A stretch of 64,000 nucleotides of DNA from Glaucostegus cemiculus (lineage: Eukaryota): positions 682,001 to 746,000 of the forward strand of contig CDPCPM010000017.1 of NCBI GenBank assembly GCA_976551045.1, in the 5' to 3' direction. The notes under the pieces were generated by a model, which did not search any database, was not told where the DNA came from, and saw only the letters and a list, made by a program, of their open reading frames with translations. Positions 37,301-50,180 of the stretch are shown here, one piece after another; position 1 is the stretch's first letter, and every line of letters begins with the position of its first letter. Position numbers and translations under genes: made by a program.

Positions 37301-38608
37301 TCAATGGTGTTTCAATCTTTCTGAAGGTCAGAGGCAACAAAGCTTGAGAGACTCAGGGGTTGCTCTGCCTGCTGTCAATGGCTTCCAGAGAAATTTCATG
37401 GCCTTCTGGGTCTGGCAAACAGAAGTTCAGGGGGTGGTATACTCTGGCAGTGAGCAAGTACAGGAGAAGATACATGTTAAGTGGATTTCCAATAATACCT
37501 GAACAGATAGTTCACATTCCCAAGCAAATAAAAGGCACAGCTCACAGCAGGGTGAGGAATTCTTACAGTCACTGTGAACCTGGACTGCACAAATCAAATT
37601 TTCTGTGGCCTTTTTTAAGAACCAGCAACTTTTGTTTGTGGTGTTCATTATAGGTGACTTAATGTGAATAAGGGAACAAACTCTCACTTGTAAAATGGGG
37701 TCTGGAAGAACTGAAATTGTACATGAAGCTTTTTCAATGGCACTTCTTGTCAACAGAAGAAAATATGCAGGAGTTAAAGTGATACTTTGACAGGAGATAT
37801 AAGAAATTGGAATATGTGTCCAACAAAAAGATGTTTGCGAGGATAGGATGCCTAATTTCTTGAAGGACTAGTTTGTGTACATAATCCATTAACTAAGTCA
37901 TTACCTTTTAAATTTTCAGAGACGGGCATAAGAGCACAAAACCAAAGAGTTAATAAGTTAGTAAAAGGTAATAGTTAGGTCACAGTGAGCAACTTTGAAG
38001 GCCTGATTATTCCAGATAGCTCAGTAAAGCAGAGGAGAATAAACTCAACACAGATTCATTGAAGTGTCGTCAAGAAGGGAAAATAGAGCAAACAATAGCT
38101 CTGCAACTCTGTAGAAGCAAAGGTGCCAAAGCAGGAAATATTAAATTAACATGGAGAATGCTGGAAAACCTTAGCAGGTCAAAAGCATTACTGGAGAGAG
38201 AAACAGAGTCAAGGTTCCAGATCAGTGATCTTCTATCGGAATCTAATGTTAACAACAAACTATAGTTCTTAAAAGGTATGACACTAAATCTATTTCCAAG
38301 GGCAGGGAAGGTGGCGTAGATTTTGAGAACTGATTCTTTGGGGGACTTAACTGATCTTTATTCTGTTAAGAGGAATATTTTGGTGGGTACAGTGAGGAAA
38401 GATGGGATATTGATTATGAACACAATGAGAAGTGGGGTGGGTGCATGTTGACCAGATGGCTTTTCCTCAACCAGAGTACATCAACATTTGTTGTTGTCAG
38501 GAATGGACACAGAATGCAAGTTATCATCAGATTCACTCTTCAAGTAGAATGAAGAAATGCAGAAATGAAGTAAAATTGTGTGTGGTTTCTCACACAGTAG
38601 CCAGCTGC

Positions 38609-38633
38609 ATATATATATATATATATATATATA
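38609..38633. repeat. (AT)n microsatellite
   Basis: About 12 uninterrupted AT units. Confidence 0.95.
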
Positions 38634-38969
38634 GGTCATTCAGATTGCAATTTATTCTAAAACCACACAGGAAGCAGATACAGAATTGTGATAACGCAGT
38701 GCAGTAAAAATGATCAATATGAGAGACCACATTGAGTGTGAACTACCATAAACAGAAAACTATAAAATATATAGTACGAGTAAATTAAAACACCAGTGCA
38801 GATTTTATTTGGCATTTTCTGATTTAATACCTATTTTACATGGTGTCTATGCAATAAAACAACACAACTACCAGGTCATGCAAAGACAGAAGATTAAAAT
38901 CTGATAGTTTTGCAGTATTACTATTTGTTTTAATGTATTCACTTGACTCAAAACTGAAGCTTAACCTAC

Positions 38970-39103
38970 CTCTCACAAGCTTGCTGCTTCTTGGTGCCTC
39001 AGTTGCTACTTCATTGGAAATATTAATCAACCTTACTCCTTCCTCTGCATTTTCCTCATCAGTATTGGTTTTGCGGTTAACAACTGGGGCCACAGTTTGC
39101 ATA
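38970..39103 (-). CDS. PLEKHA5: PLEKHA5 coding exon (divergent)
   Basis: Strong pyrimidine tract tttcttttccttttag|(S)MQTVAPVVNRKTNTDEENAEEGVRLINISNEVATEAPRSSKLVR+G|gtaggt; 134 nt, phase 2-1. Confidence 0.82.
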
Positions 39104-41360
39104 CTAAAAGGAAAAGAAACAAGAAAGATTTTTGCCATCTTGAAGACCTTCATGAAGATACTTGGTCACAGAATGGTTAATAACATGAACTACATCAATG
39201 AGTAAATTTGGGATGTGCTCTTCAACCAAGAAGCAAATTCTCAAAATTTTATAGCTAAAGGCTTGCAACTCAAAGCCAAGGACATGTTACTAAAGGCATT
39301 CATCAATGAACACAAGCATAATGGGCTTGAGAAAAAGTACACTGTATGGAAACATTTAGAAAAGGGTAATGTTGGGATATCAGAAGCAAATAAAAGCTGA
39401 TGATGTTGAAATCTGAAATAGCAAACAATACTGGAAGTACACTGGAAAAACACTGGTCAGGCAACTGGAAAAAGAAACAGAATTAACATTGTGTCACAAC
39501 TTTCATCAGGACTGGGAAACTTTAGAAATCAAACATAATCTAAATTGCAGTGAAAGAGGTGGAGAGAATAAAGGGAATGCCTGTGACAGGGTTGGAGACC
39601 AGAAGAGACCAAATGATACAAGTGGTGGTGGTGCTGAGTGAAGGAAGATGGTGCAGGCTTGTAACTGTAGACGACTGGACTACAGGGAATGTAAACAAGG
39701 CCAATGAAAACAGAGGAGAACACCTCTCTTATAGAAAAGCTCCATTCAATCTGCAGAGGTGAACCTATGTTTCTAGTTAACTGCTACTTAAATTCTTCAT
39801 CATTCTCCCACCTCTCTTTCTTTGACCTCTTATACTGTGCCAATGAAGCCAGCTAGAAGATCATCTTTTCTGACTCAGTGTATTACTGCCCTCAGGACCT
39901 AACAGTGCAAACTGGCCTATTCTGATCAAAGGTCATTGATCGACAGCAAGGACCTTTTTTTGTTCCTTTTTAAGTATACAATCAATTTCTTTTGAAAGTT
40001 ACTGCTGAATCAGCTTTTGGACAAAGCATAAACTATTGTCCTAAAAAAAGTTAGCCTCATCAGACCTTCAGCTCTCACCAACGATCTTCATTCTGTTTCA
40101 TTCACAACACCTCAGGTCATTATATCCAATCTACAAAATACTTTCATCTCTCGATTAAATTTCTCCTTTACTTTCCAGATTGTCTCAACCACAAAAGCAA
40201 AAGTTTAAATCCATGATCTTGTCCTCGTAAATTTCTTCTGCACACTCTCCAAGGCTTCAACATTCTAGGTCATGTGTGGCACACACTCCAGCTGTGGCAC
40301 AACTATGTTTTATAATGTTCAGAAGTAACTTCCTTGCTTTTGTACCCTTGCCTTTGTTGAGAAAAGGTTGCAGAAAAATAGATGTTATTTCATTTCGAGC
40401 TTCACATTACAGATCACTTTTTGCATTTATGCTAGTTAGCCAATAAAGGGGTCTTAATCCAAATTTTAAGAGGACAGGAAAGCATTTATATAGCACTTTC
40501 CTCAACTTCGGAACACTTGAAATTATTTTACAAACAGTGACATGCATTTGAAGTGCAGTTACTCGGGGCTAAATGGAATAGCACTGGTAAGTGTGTGCTG
40601 GGAATGCAATGCATAATTAAGTTCAACACAATGCAAGCAGCATTAGCAGTTCCTGCTGTCCTTTCTTCATCACGTTTCATTGATCAGCCCACACGAAACG
40701 TGCTGTTTATTGCTCTAGGCCATCAAAAGGAAGCTCGATTTCACAAACGATTAGCACCAGTGGTAGCTAGATGGTTGTGATTAAGCCAGGTTGTCCTAAT
40801 TAATGGCGAGGTCCATTATGGCTAGAATTAGTTGCAGAAGTTATTCCAGTTTGCTGGAAGCCAGATTGAAAATAAGTAAAAGCTGGCATCAACATTTTCT
40901 TAGACAGGTTCTCTACTCACTGGGAGCAGGAAGCCCAGCAAATATACACACAAGTGTAAGTGGATTTGGGTTAGGAATCCATGGCCAACTGCAGTAGAGA
41001 CACTGAAGAATGCGATATGTTCATGCATCCTCCTCTTCATATTCCTTGACTGTTGCTCCACAATCATGTTTGATTACAGGCGGTAGATGATGTCAGCCAA
41101 GTAGCTCTCACTTTCTTTCTTCAACAACTCTATTCTCTCCATTCAGATGGCGAAGAGTTCCAAGCTGGTCAGGCAATGGTGCAACAACAAGGGTACAAAG
41201 ATGACATTTGATCTGACGCTTGCATTACTGTGGAGAGTAACTTGGAGATGGAATCTGTATATGATAAATTTACAGGGCAAAAGTAAAGGGTAACATAGGA
41301 GTCAGATGTCCAGAAGGGTAAAATTCTGCTACAGATGACTCAAATGAGGATTTTGGTGAG

Positions 41361-41862
41361 ATCAGAATCAGTTTTATTGTCACAACCATATACATACATG
41401 GTACGCATAGGAGCGAGATACCGTCCTCCACAGGAACACGTCTCATAGAAAAGAATAACATAACAACCAACAGAGAGACACATACACACTTGGCAGAATA
41501 CACAGTACAAAACATTACCCATTAGTTCTTACTAATAAATAGATCTTAAAGTGAACGGGCTGGTGTCAGGCATTTAAAGTGCTGGTGCATTTCTGTGCAC
41601 CTAGCATCTCCTAGTGTTAACAAAGGAAGATGGAGGGATGAGAGAGTTTGCAGTTCTTATGGCTTGCGGAAAGAAGCTATTGTTCAGCCTGGACGTTCTT
41701 GCCCTGATACATTTAAGCCTCCTCCCTGATGGCAAAATTGTGAAGAGGTGGTGGGAGGGGTGAGAGGGGTCGGCCATTATGCTTTTTGTCTTCCTCACAC
41801 AACGGTCTTTGTATATGTCTGCGAGGGATGGAAGCGAGACACCTATGATCCACTCCGCAGCC
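41361..41862 (-). mobile_element. Rex1/Babar LINE 3' end (relatively young)
   Basis: Uninterrupted AAEWIIGVSLPSLADIYKDRCVRKTKSIMADPSHPSHHLFTILPSGRRLKCIRARTSRLNNSFFPQAIR, then 3' UTR, AATAAA and a ctgattctgat tail. Confidence 0.88.
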
Positions 41863-42519
41863 TTAATTTATAAATTTAAGATAATTTATAAAGGTGGCTA
41901 ATGAGTGTGCATAGTGAACTGCCTGGTAGATTGGCAGGCCTGCCAGCAAGCATGCGTGCAATGTTAGAGGTCCCAAGGAAGTGCAGCTCCAACCTTGCAC
42001 AGGGTTTTGCGGTGGAGCTTGAAACCTCCACCTCTTTCCACTATGGAAGTTGGAGTCAACACTCACAGACCCAACTTTTACATAACAGGCCAAGCTACAT
42101 CTGTTGTAACTCCAGATACCACTGTAATCTCATCACTGTATTTCTGAAATTGCTCTCCCCATTGTCTGTCAAGTGCCCAGGCAGCCTAGACTGCCACTGC
42201 TTATGGCAAGGTGCTTATCTGAAGCTGAGATTCCCTGGCGCTTAGCTGTTCAAGGTCATCCTTCAGAGCACTCGCAGTTTTGTCTACTGCAAGTCATCAG
42301 CCTTTTAATATGCCCCAACCACTGGGAACACAGTGAACAGAAGCATGGAGGGCTTTGGACTGCACATGGAAGACGGGCACAAATGGGATGCACAGGAATG
42401 ATTAGTTGATGTTTGTCAAAAGAAGGTTATAATTTTGATTTAGCATTGGTTTTTGTTCTGAAATTGTGGTTAGACAGATACTGTGATGATCAGCAACAAA
42501 GGGCAGAGGAATTGCTGAG

Positions 42520-42850
42520 TTAGCATGGAACTGGATCGCAGCCCAATCTGTTAGCCAGAAAGGAGCTGCTGATATTGATTCCTCCTCCTTCACTTCCTGC
42601 TCCACAGCTGCAGGCAAAGGTTGGGCACAAATGATTGCCAGGTCATGGCATTCACACCAGATAACCACAGGTTTGGATACTCTGCTGCATAATGCAAGGT
42701 ACTTGCAGAGTGATCCAGATGTTTTCTGTTTGAGGAAACGTTTGAGTGCACCGATAGTCACTTGAGGTTGTGGGCACGACATTGGTCTCATTCTAATCCA
42801 AATCAGTTTTGGTACATTGGATTGCAGTGAAGTCCTGAGTCAGGTGGTGA
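42520..42850 (-). mobile_element. PIF/Harbinger transposase C-terminal remnant
   Basis: VTIGALKRFL...RVSKPVVIWCECHDLAIICAQPLPAAVEQEVKEEE resembles TIGxLKxRF...RVSKFVVVCCMLHNLAIMRAQPLP followed by an acidic tail. Confidence 0.7.
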
Positions 42851-42969
42851 GACTCTAAGCCTCTTCTTCAAATGCTTCCCCAGATTATCTATTCCTATGG
42901 GACAACCCATCTCGACCCTAAAAGATTTAATGAATTCTTTCATTCTTTACATATCAATCAATAACATAC

Positions 42970-43085
42970 CTGCTTCTGATTTCTATTCCATCAATGTTCT
43001 TTGATTTATTCATGATTTTGTCAGAACTCAGCATTTCAGATTCAGCTTCACTGCACCTTTCAATCATGAGCACTTGGCTTGGAAA
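42970..43085 (-). CDS. PLEKHA5: PLEKHA5 coding exon (divergent)
   Basis: ttgacag|FPSQVLMIERCSEAESEMLSSDKIMNKSKNIDGIEIRS+AG|gtatgt; 116 nt, phase 0-2, open frame fitting both neighbours. Confidence 0.78.
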
Positions 43086-43687
43086 CTGTCAAGTTACAAA
43101 CAAAAAGAATAGTTTTAAAGATGCCAGAAGTGTGTTAACATTTTTCTTTGATAACCAGGTCTCAGGTTTGGCAGCCATGAAAATGGAAAGAACTTTCACA
43201 TCTTTGAATGCCCATAGGTTGAATTCTATTATTTTGCTGTGTCAGAACTGAAATAAGCTGAGCATGCAGTACCTAACCAGGAGACGAAGGCTGGCTCAAA
43301 ATATCGCTGTGGGCCTCATTAGTATTAATTGAGTGAGCCTCATTATAAAAGATGGACGTGATTTCCAAATTAATGCCACTTTTCATTTTTGTTAATCAAT
43401 CTTTGTCTCTTCGTATTGATCCAAAATTGTGTTGGTCTCCACAAGATCATCCCTCCACCATCAGAACACTTGTGAGTAGACGTCAAACTTCTCAACTTCC
43501 TTTCCATAAGTTTAACACCCTCCCTGTTAACATATGAGTGAATCTCTGCAACATTTTATATCTTTTTATAACATATTTCTTTCAATTATTGACTTGACAC
43601 ATATGTTCCCCAGCATTTTTGAACTAATGGAGAATGTAAAATGAAATGAAAAGAAGAAAAATTCAGCATAAGATGATCTGAACTCAC

Positions 43688-43849
43688 ATCTTTCCTGCTT
43701 TCTGACTGCTGCTGATTTGACTCAACGTTCCCTTCCTTTAAACGGGCAATTTCTTCGGCTGCAGTTTCTCGATGTTGATCACAATTATCATTTCGAACAG
43801 CAGCTTCCAACTCCTTGATATTGCTTTCAGCTGTTCTATTTCTGTAAAG
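43688..43849 (-). CDS. PLEKHA5: PLEKHA5 coding exon
   Basis: ttgtttcag|LYRNRTAESNIKELEAAVRNDNCDQHRETAAEEIARLKEGNVESNQQQSESRKD|gtgagt; 162 nt, phase 0-0; resembles recalled human KELDTAIREND...HETPATEIVQLKE. Confidence 0.88.
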
Positions 43850-44839
43850 CTGAAACAAGCAACATCTACATTTTACTGCGGAAAAAGAGGCAGGATTGTG
43901 GAACAGCTGTCCAGAGGCCCCAGTATAGTCCACAAAATACATGTTCCAATCTGAGAATTTGCATTCAGTTTAGAAATAAAAAGCAGTAATAGTCACCAGT
44001 GTAGCTGCTGGATAACTGTAAAAACCCAACTAGTTCACTAAGTACCTTAAGGATATCTACAATCCTTACCCTGGTCTGCCCTATACTGGCAATTGTACAA
44101 AATCACTGAATGGACATCAGCAGCCTAACAGGGCAAGTAGAAGACAGTAGGTGCCAATATTGACAGCAGCAGTCAAATCCCAAAAATGGTTAAGAAAATT
44201 CACAAAACTCTCATCACAACTCACTCTTCTTTCTGAAACACAACCTAAATTTTGCATTTTAAATAAGCTAATTTTATTCATGAATGGGTGAAATATAATT
44301 TCTTGCCAAAGTAAGATGAACAAAAATAATAGCCCGGAAACTGGTTTCGACAGTGCCGGTTTTTCAAATGTTCAAAATCCAATCTTACCCAGATGAAATT
44401 GCACAAATGATCACATGCCAATTAGAGGACTGGACCAGGCATTTCCAGTCATGGCACACATTGATGTGCCTTTTAAAAACTTAAGAATCACATGCCCCTA
44501 TCAATGTTGATATTCAACACAATGCCCTTTTCTGTCCATACCGAAATAAACGAGAGCTCAGAGCTTCACGATATGACCACAAAAGTTTGTTGCTTTTCTT
44601 GCTAATTAAAGAGACATGCTGCTAACATCAGGTGACCTGACTGGGTAGCTTCAGATGTGACTGCACGCTAATCGAGCGTATTCTAAATTATGAAGGGAAT
44701 GTTTAAGGTATTTCCTTCAGCATTCAGCTGCCGAGATGCTCATCCCACACATTTCTCAGTCATGACGCCACTGGCAGGGAACATTGTGGCCGTGACTACC
44801 ACACAGGGAGGGTTGGCAATCTCAAGGCATGAAGCAAAG

Positions 44840-45690
44840 GCGTGTTTCCTATGAAAGGCCTACTGCTGGAGTCTTCATGGAAGCACACTGAACTTAGTGT
44901 CCCTGACGAACAATGTATTCATGGGCTGAGGTTTTCCGTGTCCTTTATCACCAAGGTACGAGACATTCTGTCGAAAGGCCATCAGCTATGCTTTTCTGCC
45001 TATATCGCTCTCTCCATGGAGATCAAAGTGACGTTGACTCTCAACTTCCTCCACACATAATTCCAAGCAGCAGCAGCAGCGAATCTCTGTCTCATTTTCC
45101 AATCTTCTGCTCATGGCTGCATCAGAGGGATCACCCAGGGACTGTATTCGTGAAGAAATTATTTCAGTGAAGTGCAGGTGGCAGGTTAGATACTGGGTTT
45201 TGCAAAAATTGCTGATTTCCCACAAGTGCAGTCTGCCATTGAGTGCAATTCTATGCCCACAGGAGCTCCCATTAATAATCCAAAACTTAGTAATCAACAG
45301 AAAAGATTTCCACTCCTTCAATGTGCAAGTTATTCTCGATCACTGAGAAGGATTTCCTGATGGTGAATGCCATCTTTCTAGGAGACATACAACTCATTTG
45401 ACCTGAAGGAGTCCACATTGCCAGTTATTTTCACTAGCCAGCACTGTTCAGAAGCTGTGGCGAAACTCAACTTTCAGGGTTACTCACACCAATTTGGGCT
45501 CCTAATAAAGTGCCAATGTATCAAGAGCCAGGCAAGTATCAGACTCATTGTGGAAAACACCACTGGTCTTCTGCCAATGAGATTTCTCTGTCTGCATCAG
45601 TCCAGGGATGTGATAAGGTCTGGGGCTTTTATCGTGTTGCAATGTATAACTTTGAAATCAGGGCATTGAGGAGGAGATGCCTGTTCTTCC
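44840..45690 (+). mobile_element. PIF/Harbinger (HARBI1-like) transposase remnant
   Basis: Fragments in the expected order: DEQCIHGLRF; ALSMEIKVTLTLNFL...FQAAAAANLCLIFQSSAHGCIRGIT; INRKDFHSFNVQVILDH; ASIRLIVENTTGLLPMRFLCL. Multiple stops and frameshifts. Confidence 0.8.
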
Positions 45691-45699
45691 CTTCTCGCC

Positions 45700-46070
45700 A
45701 ACCAATGACCCAAACACCTTTCCAGGTGAAGCAGCAATTCACTTGCAGTAGGAGCTGCATTTGATGTCCCCCATGTGGTCTTCTCAATGCAACTCCTGCA
45801 TTTGGTCTGTGGGGGCCATCCGAAGCTCCCAGTTGCTTTGATTCTCCATCCCACTCCCATTATGACCTGCCTGAGGCCTTCTGCACTGTTACATCACAGC
45901 ACAAGACAAGCTAGAAGGCCAGTAACTCACTTCCACTTGGACACGTTGCAGCCTTCAGGACTCGTGTCGAATTCTCCAACTTTCAGCAACCTGCTTTCTT
46001 GGCCTGTATCAGAACTGGCCACTTCTGCAGTAAGCTGTCCATCTGCGACATTGGCTGAGTTCTTCTTTCT
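45700..46070 (+). mobile_element. Penelope-like element, GIY-YIG endonuclease remnant
   Basis: TPFQVKQQFTC...PKLPVA...LLH...HFHLDTLQPSGL matches the C-terminal pattern of chondrichthyan Penelope elements (FQVKQRFTC...LPVACHF...IFRLGTLQPSGLN). Confidence 0.75.
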
Positions 46071-48494
46071 TCATCAGCTCAGCCTGACCCGGTGGGCATG
46101 TATGACAGCCCTGCATTTTGCATCATTTTACACTCCTTTGTCCATATGATCACTTTCTGTTAACCCAGTACTTATCCCACAGCAACGCTGGCCTCACCAG
46201 CCTCTGTTAAAGATTAACAGCCTCATCCTCCAGGAAAAAAGGACAGACATAAAATCTGCATGGGCTGGCACAGCTAAAACCTGCTAACCCTGCTAAATGT
46301 TTTGCATTGGGGACAATGTTTGTCCTCTCCACACTGTTGTCCTTAACATCAATGCAGCAATGAATACAATCATCAATGCATGAGTCACCAATCCTTTTAG
46401 CTTAATGGCTTGCTGCAAAATTCTGATAAGTGGCATCTAGTTTAAAGAATTAAACTTTTCCCCATTGTTGTTCCTCGTTACCCTGTTCAAAAATCCTGAA
46501 CCCTGTAGATTGCTGCTCAACATCGATGGTGGCCAGGCATCTATGTATGCACAGCAGCCGAGAGTATTGCACATAAAGTGTACCGACCAAATCATCATTC
46601 ATTTGGTAAGGAGATGCATTTAGTGGCTAATGTTTTAAGATAATCAATTGATTCACCAATGAGAAATCACTCAGCTCCCAGTACATTTTAAGTTATTGCT
46701 CCCTCTCACAAAGAATTCACAGATCTCCTTGATGGCCCAAGAGAAGCATTTGACTATTTCAAGATGCACAATGGGACAGAAATGATGAAATCTCAGCGTT
46801 AGAGGCACCATAGTTCACTCAGCTTGCAATATTGGACTGTGTTGTCTTGACGTCCCACGAGAAGCTCTTGCCTTAGATATGCTGGCTTCAGACTACTCTG
46901 CAGGGCCAGTTGAAACAAAAACCTCGACAGTGGTGCAACAAGCTGCTGCCTTTCAAGACTGTTTCTTTCACTGCTTCAAACCCCAGATCTGGAGCTGATC
47001 CAATTTCATGCAACCACAAAACATTAGTTCCTACACATTATAACTAGGATAAACCAACTTTCAGGCTAATATATTTTATTTACCATAAAATATTCAATGG
47101 AAGTTCACATCACTGCAAAAGCTGACTGCTCAGTGAAGTTTGATATTAAATGAAGAAATGAAAGCTATTGACAATGCTATGGTGAAACAGGGCCCTGTGA
47201 TTCCCCTACTGCTGCTCGAATATTCTATCAAAGTGCTGCAAGAGGTATTGAGAACAAGAGAGACAATGTGACTAATGACTTTAGGGATATAACAGCTTCA
47301 GTTTACAAATGTAGTATGTAAGATGAGAAAACATAAACCAGGGCAGGGGAGAGTATTGCCACTTTGCAACACTTAACTTGAAAGCAACAGTCGAAAAGAA
47401 GTACAAGAACCCTTTACAGAATATCACAAATCGCACTTTTACACTACCAGTGTTACCTAAAACTAAATTTAACTGATCAAATGTTGCTTCTCTTTGGCAA
47501 ACTAAAAACAGCTGTTCAATGTTTCCTTTACTAATTCAAGTGAGTTACACTATAAAGCTGTTAACATGCTTTCCTAAGAACTTTTACATACAGTCACTGA
47601 ACTCTAAACAAATTCCTAATTTAGACATTCCTGTGGCTGGCTTGGAAGGCCCAACAATCCAGTGTAAGTACAATACTATTTTTGTGCATTCCCAAAGACA
47701 ATGTTATTTGTGCTTGGTAATTAGGTAAATCTTAGCACACGTGCATTAAACAATGCATCGCAACAGCTGCAACTTGTGAATGTCTGGTGTTTCAATAATC
47801 AAATAAATTAGGCCATCGAAAAATATCCCTTCCCACAATCCCTTCCCACTTAACTGCAAGAAAAAAATAAATAAAGGGTACCCTAGGGAACGTTATCCCA
47901 CTAAAATTCTACAATCATTGTCTTATTGAAAGACACCAATTTATTGAATGTTCTTTCCCACAGTAACTCAACTCCTCCCCCACAAAAGAGCTCCCTTCGT
48001 TATTACTTAATGAGTACAACTTTACATTTATTAGATGTGGTCCCTGGAAGGAGCAGGATATATGGATTAAATGGGATTTTGACATTTCCACTTAATGGTC
48101 TTCATTCTACTTCAGGCAGAATAGTTCTTAAATTACGACTAATCTTAAATTTTATTGACATGTTCATCCAAGAAATATATATTCCAGAAATAAAAGAAAG
48201 CAAAAGTACTCCAAGTAGATTTTTTTGGGAGGGACTATCAATACAACGATACACTTATTTGGTCATCAGTTTTCAGCTACTGAAGGCTAAACAAACAACA
48301 CAACAGTATATTTTGTTAAAGATACTACAATGCAAATGAAGTATTATAATTCTGCTATGAATTATGATTACCCTCAATAACTGGCTGCATTACAGAGAAA
48401 TAGCAGGAAACATCTGTGAATAATAGTTTCCCTGCTGGGTACTGGATTGTTGACATAAAACCATTATGCATTTTTCTATCCAGTTCAAATTCTC

Positions 48495-48830
48495 AACAAC
48501 TCATATTTGCATAATATCTTTAACTAAATAAGATATCCAGGGTGATTCACAGAAGAGTTGGCACACATAATTTGGCACTGAGCCACACTCAAGAGATACT
48601 GGAGGAAGTCGGGCATTGAAAGGGTTAAGGAGCATCCTAAAACAGGAGAAAAGAGTTAAAAAACCTGGAGATGTGGAAAAATTCAGGATGCTTAGGTCAA
48701 GTTGGATGAGCAGAGATACGTTAGAGCTATGGAGGGCAGAGGAGATAACACAGATAGGGAGGGGTGAGGCCATGTAGAGATTTGACAACAAGGATGATAA
48801 TTTTGTCAGTGCATAACCAGAAGTCAATGC
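48495..48830 (-). mobile_element. L2 LINE 3' end
   Basis: KIIILVVKSLHGLTPPYLCYLL resembles the L2 ORF2 C-terminus FKILILVFKSLHGLAPPYL. Confidence 0.8.
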
Positions 48831-49944
48831 AGTCAGCTGGCTTGGGGGGGGGGGGGGGGTGATGGATTAAAAGGGCTTGGTGGGCGTTAAGAATGCAGTA
48901 TATTGGATTGAAAAAGTACTTCAATAAGTCTTATCCAGTACTGCAACTGTCTGGCTATTAAAACTGTTTAATGAATGAAGATTTCAACCAGGCCAGAAAC
49001 CAAATTCATAACAGAAAGAAAGCTGAAAATCAAAATAATTTATTTTTATACTCTCTTAGTAACACATGAAGTCCAGCGAACAGTTCCTTTTAATAGCATT
49101 TCCTTCCATGCAAACCAACCTTTGTTGGCAAAATGATGGTGCTGTTAATTATTTCAGCCACTAAGCTCCAGCTGCAAAGGTTTAAATTATCAATTAGTAG
49201 CATGACAAATTCTTGCTGATAGGCAGTTTTCTAAAGGTTTTGCTTTGGCTCAGTTACTGAAAATTGGAGTCACTAATCCTTATCTTACTACATAAAGTGA
49301 TATAAAAATGTCAAGGGGAAGGAATTCTGTATTTTCTTTTCAAACTTGCCTCTAAACTGATCCCTTTTATGCACAAAATTTCAAAGTATGAAAGAAGTTT
49401 CTTCTGAAAAGAGTCTGAGTTTTGAACAGGACAAGCTCCACTTTCAGCAGCCAATCTTTCTAAAGAAAACATTATGAATGACTCGTTCTAGTAAAGATCA
49501 TTCAGTCTTAATGGGAAACTTATATGGGACAAGATAGATATGTAGAACTGTTAGTCATCACGTAGAAATAGGGAATCTAACCTTGCTTGAAGGTGTCTCG
49601 TGGACCATTTGGAAGGAAATATTCCAACATACATGAGAAATTCTAGTTTGAACCCTGCATTAAAATGCTACAAAGAGCATTCAAAATATCGGATTCATCA
49701 TAGTTTATAATTTAGTTGGTGAATGACACAGTCATGGTAATTTCCAGACATCCAAAACCCATTTCAAATTACTGCAGACTATACCAAAATGCACAAAGAT
49801 TATTTCAATTTCTCAAAATTCTGCAGTGGTTATTCAGATTCAGTCATGTAACAAAGACAAGCTAATCAGCTGAATGGCTGGCTCACAAAGAAATCTAATG
49901 CCATACTCGAGTCTCCAAAACAAGTTACTGAAAAATCTATACGA

Positions 49945-50180
49945 ACAGAGGTCATACAAAAGAATAAATACTGCAGATTCTGGAAACAGAACATTCTGGT
50001 AAAAATCAGTCAGACAGGCAACATCTGTTGAGAAAGAGAGACAGAATTTTTGCTTCAGGTCAATGAGCTTTCATCAGAACTGGAAAAAATTGGACATAAA
50101 CACAAGTCACTTGCCTGAAACATTAATTCAGTTTCTCTCTCCACAGACACTGCGTGATCAGCTGAGTACATCCAGCTTTT
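49945..50180. repeat. Palindromic Penelope-terminus-derived short repeat (representative copy)
   Basis: The family motif (aaatgctggaaacactcagcaggtcaggcagcatctgtggagagagaaacagagttaa) occurs here in both orientations. Other copies at about 19340-19480, 29195-29310, 38140-38240, 39400-39530, 53960-54090, 54980-55080 and 61535-61730. Confidence 0.7.

Noticed and set aside
44840-45690. A functional nested HARBI1-like gene
   Set aside because: Multiple stops, frameshifts and deletions; it is a decayed transposon.
49560-49650. Possible extra PLEKHA5 exon ending ...CAAG|gttaga
   Set aside because: No clear acceptor or homology, and the flanking exons (51073 and 43849) already join in phase 0.
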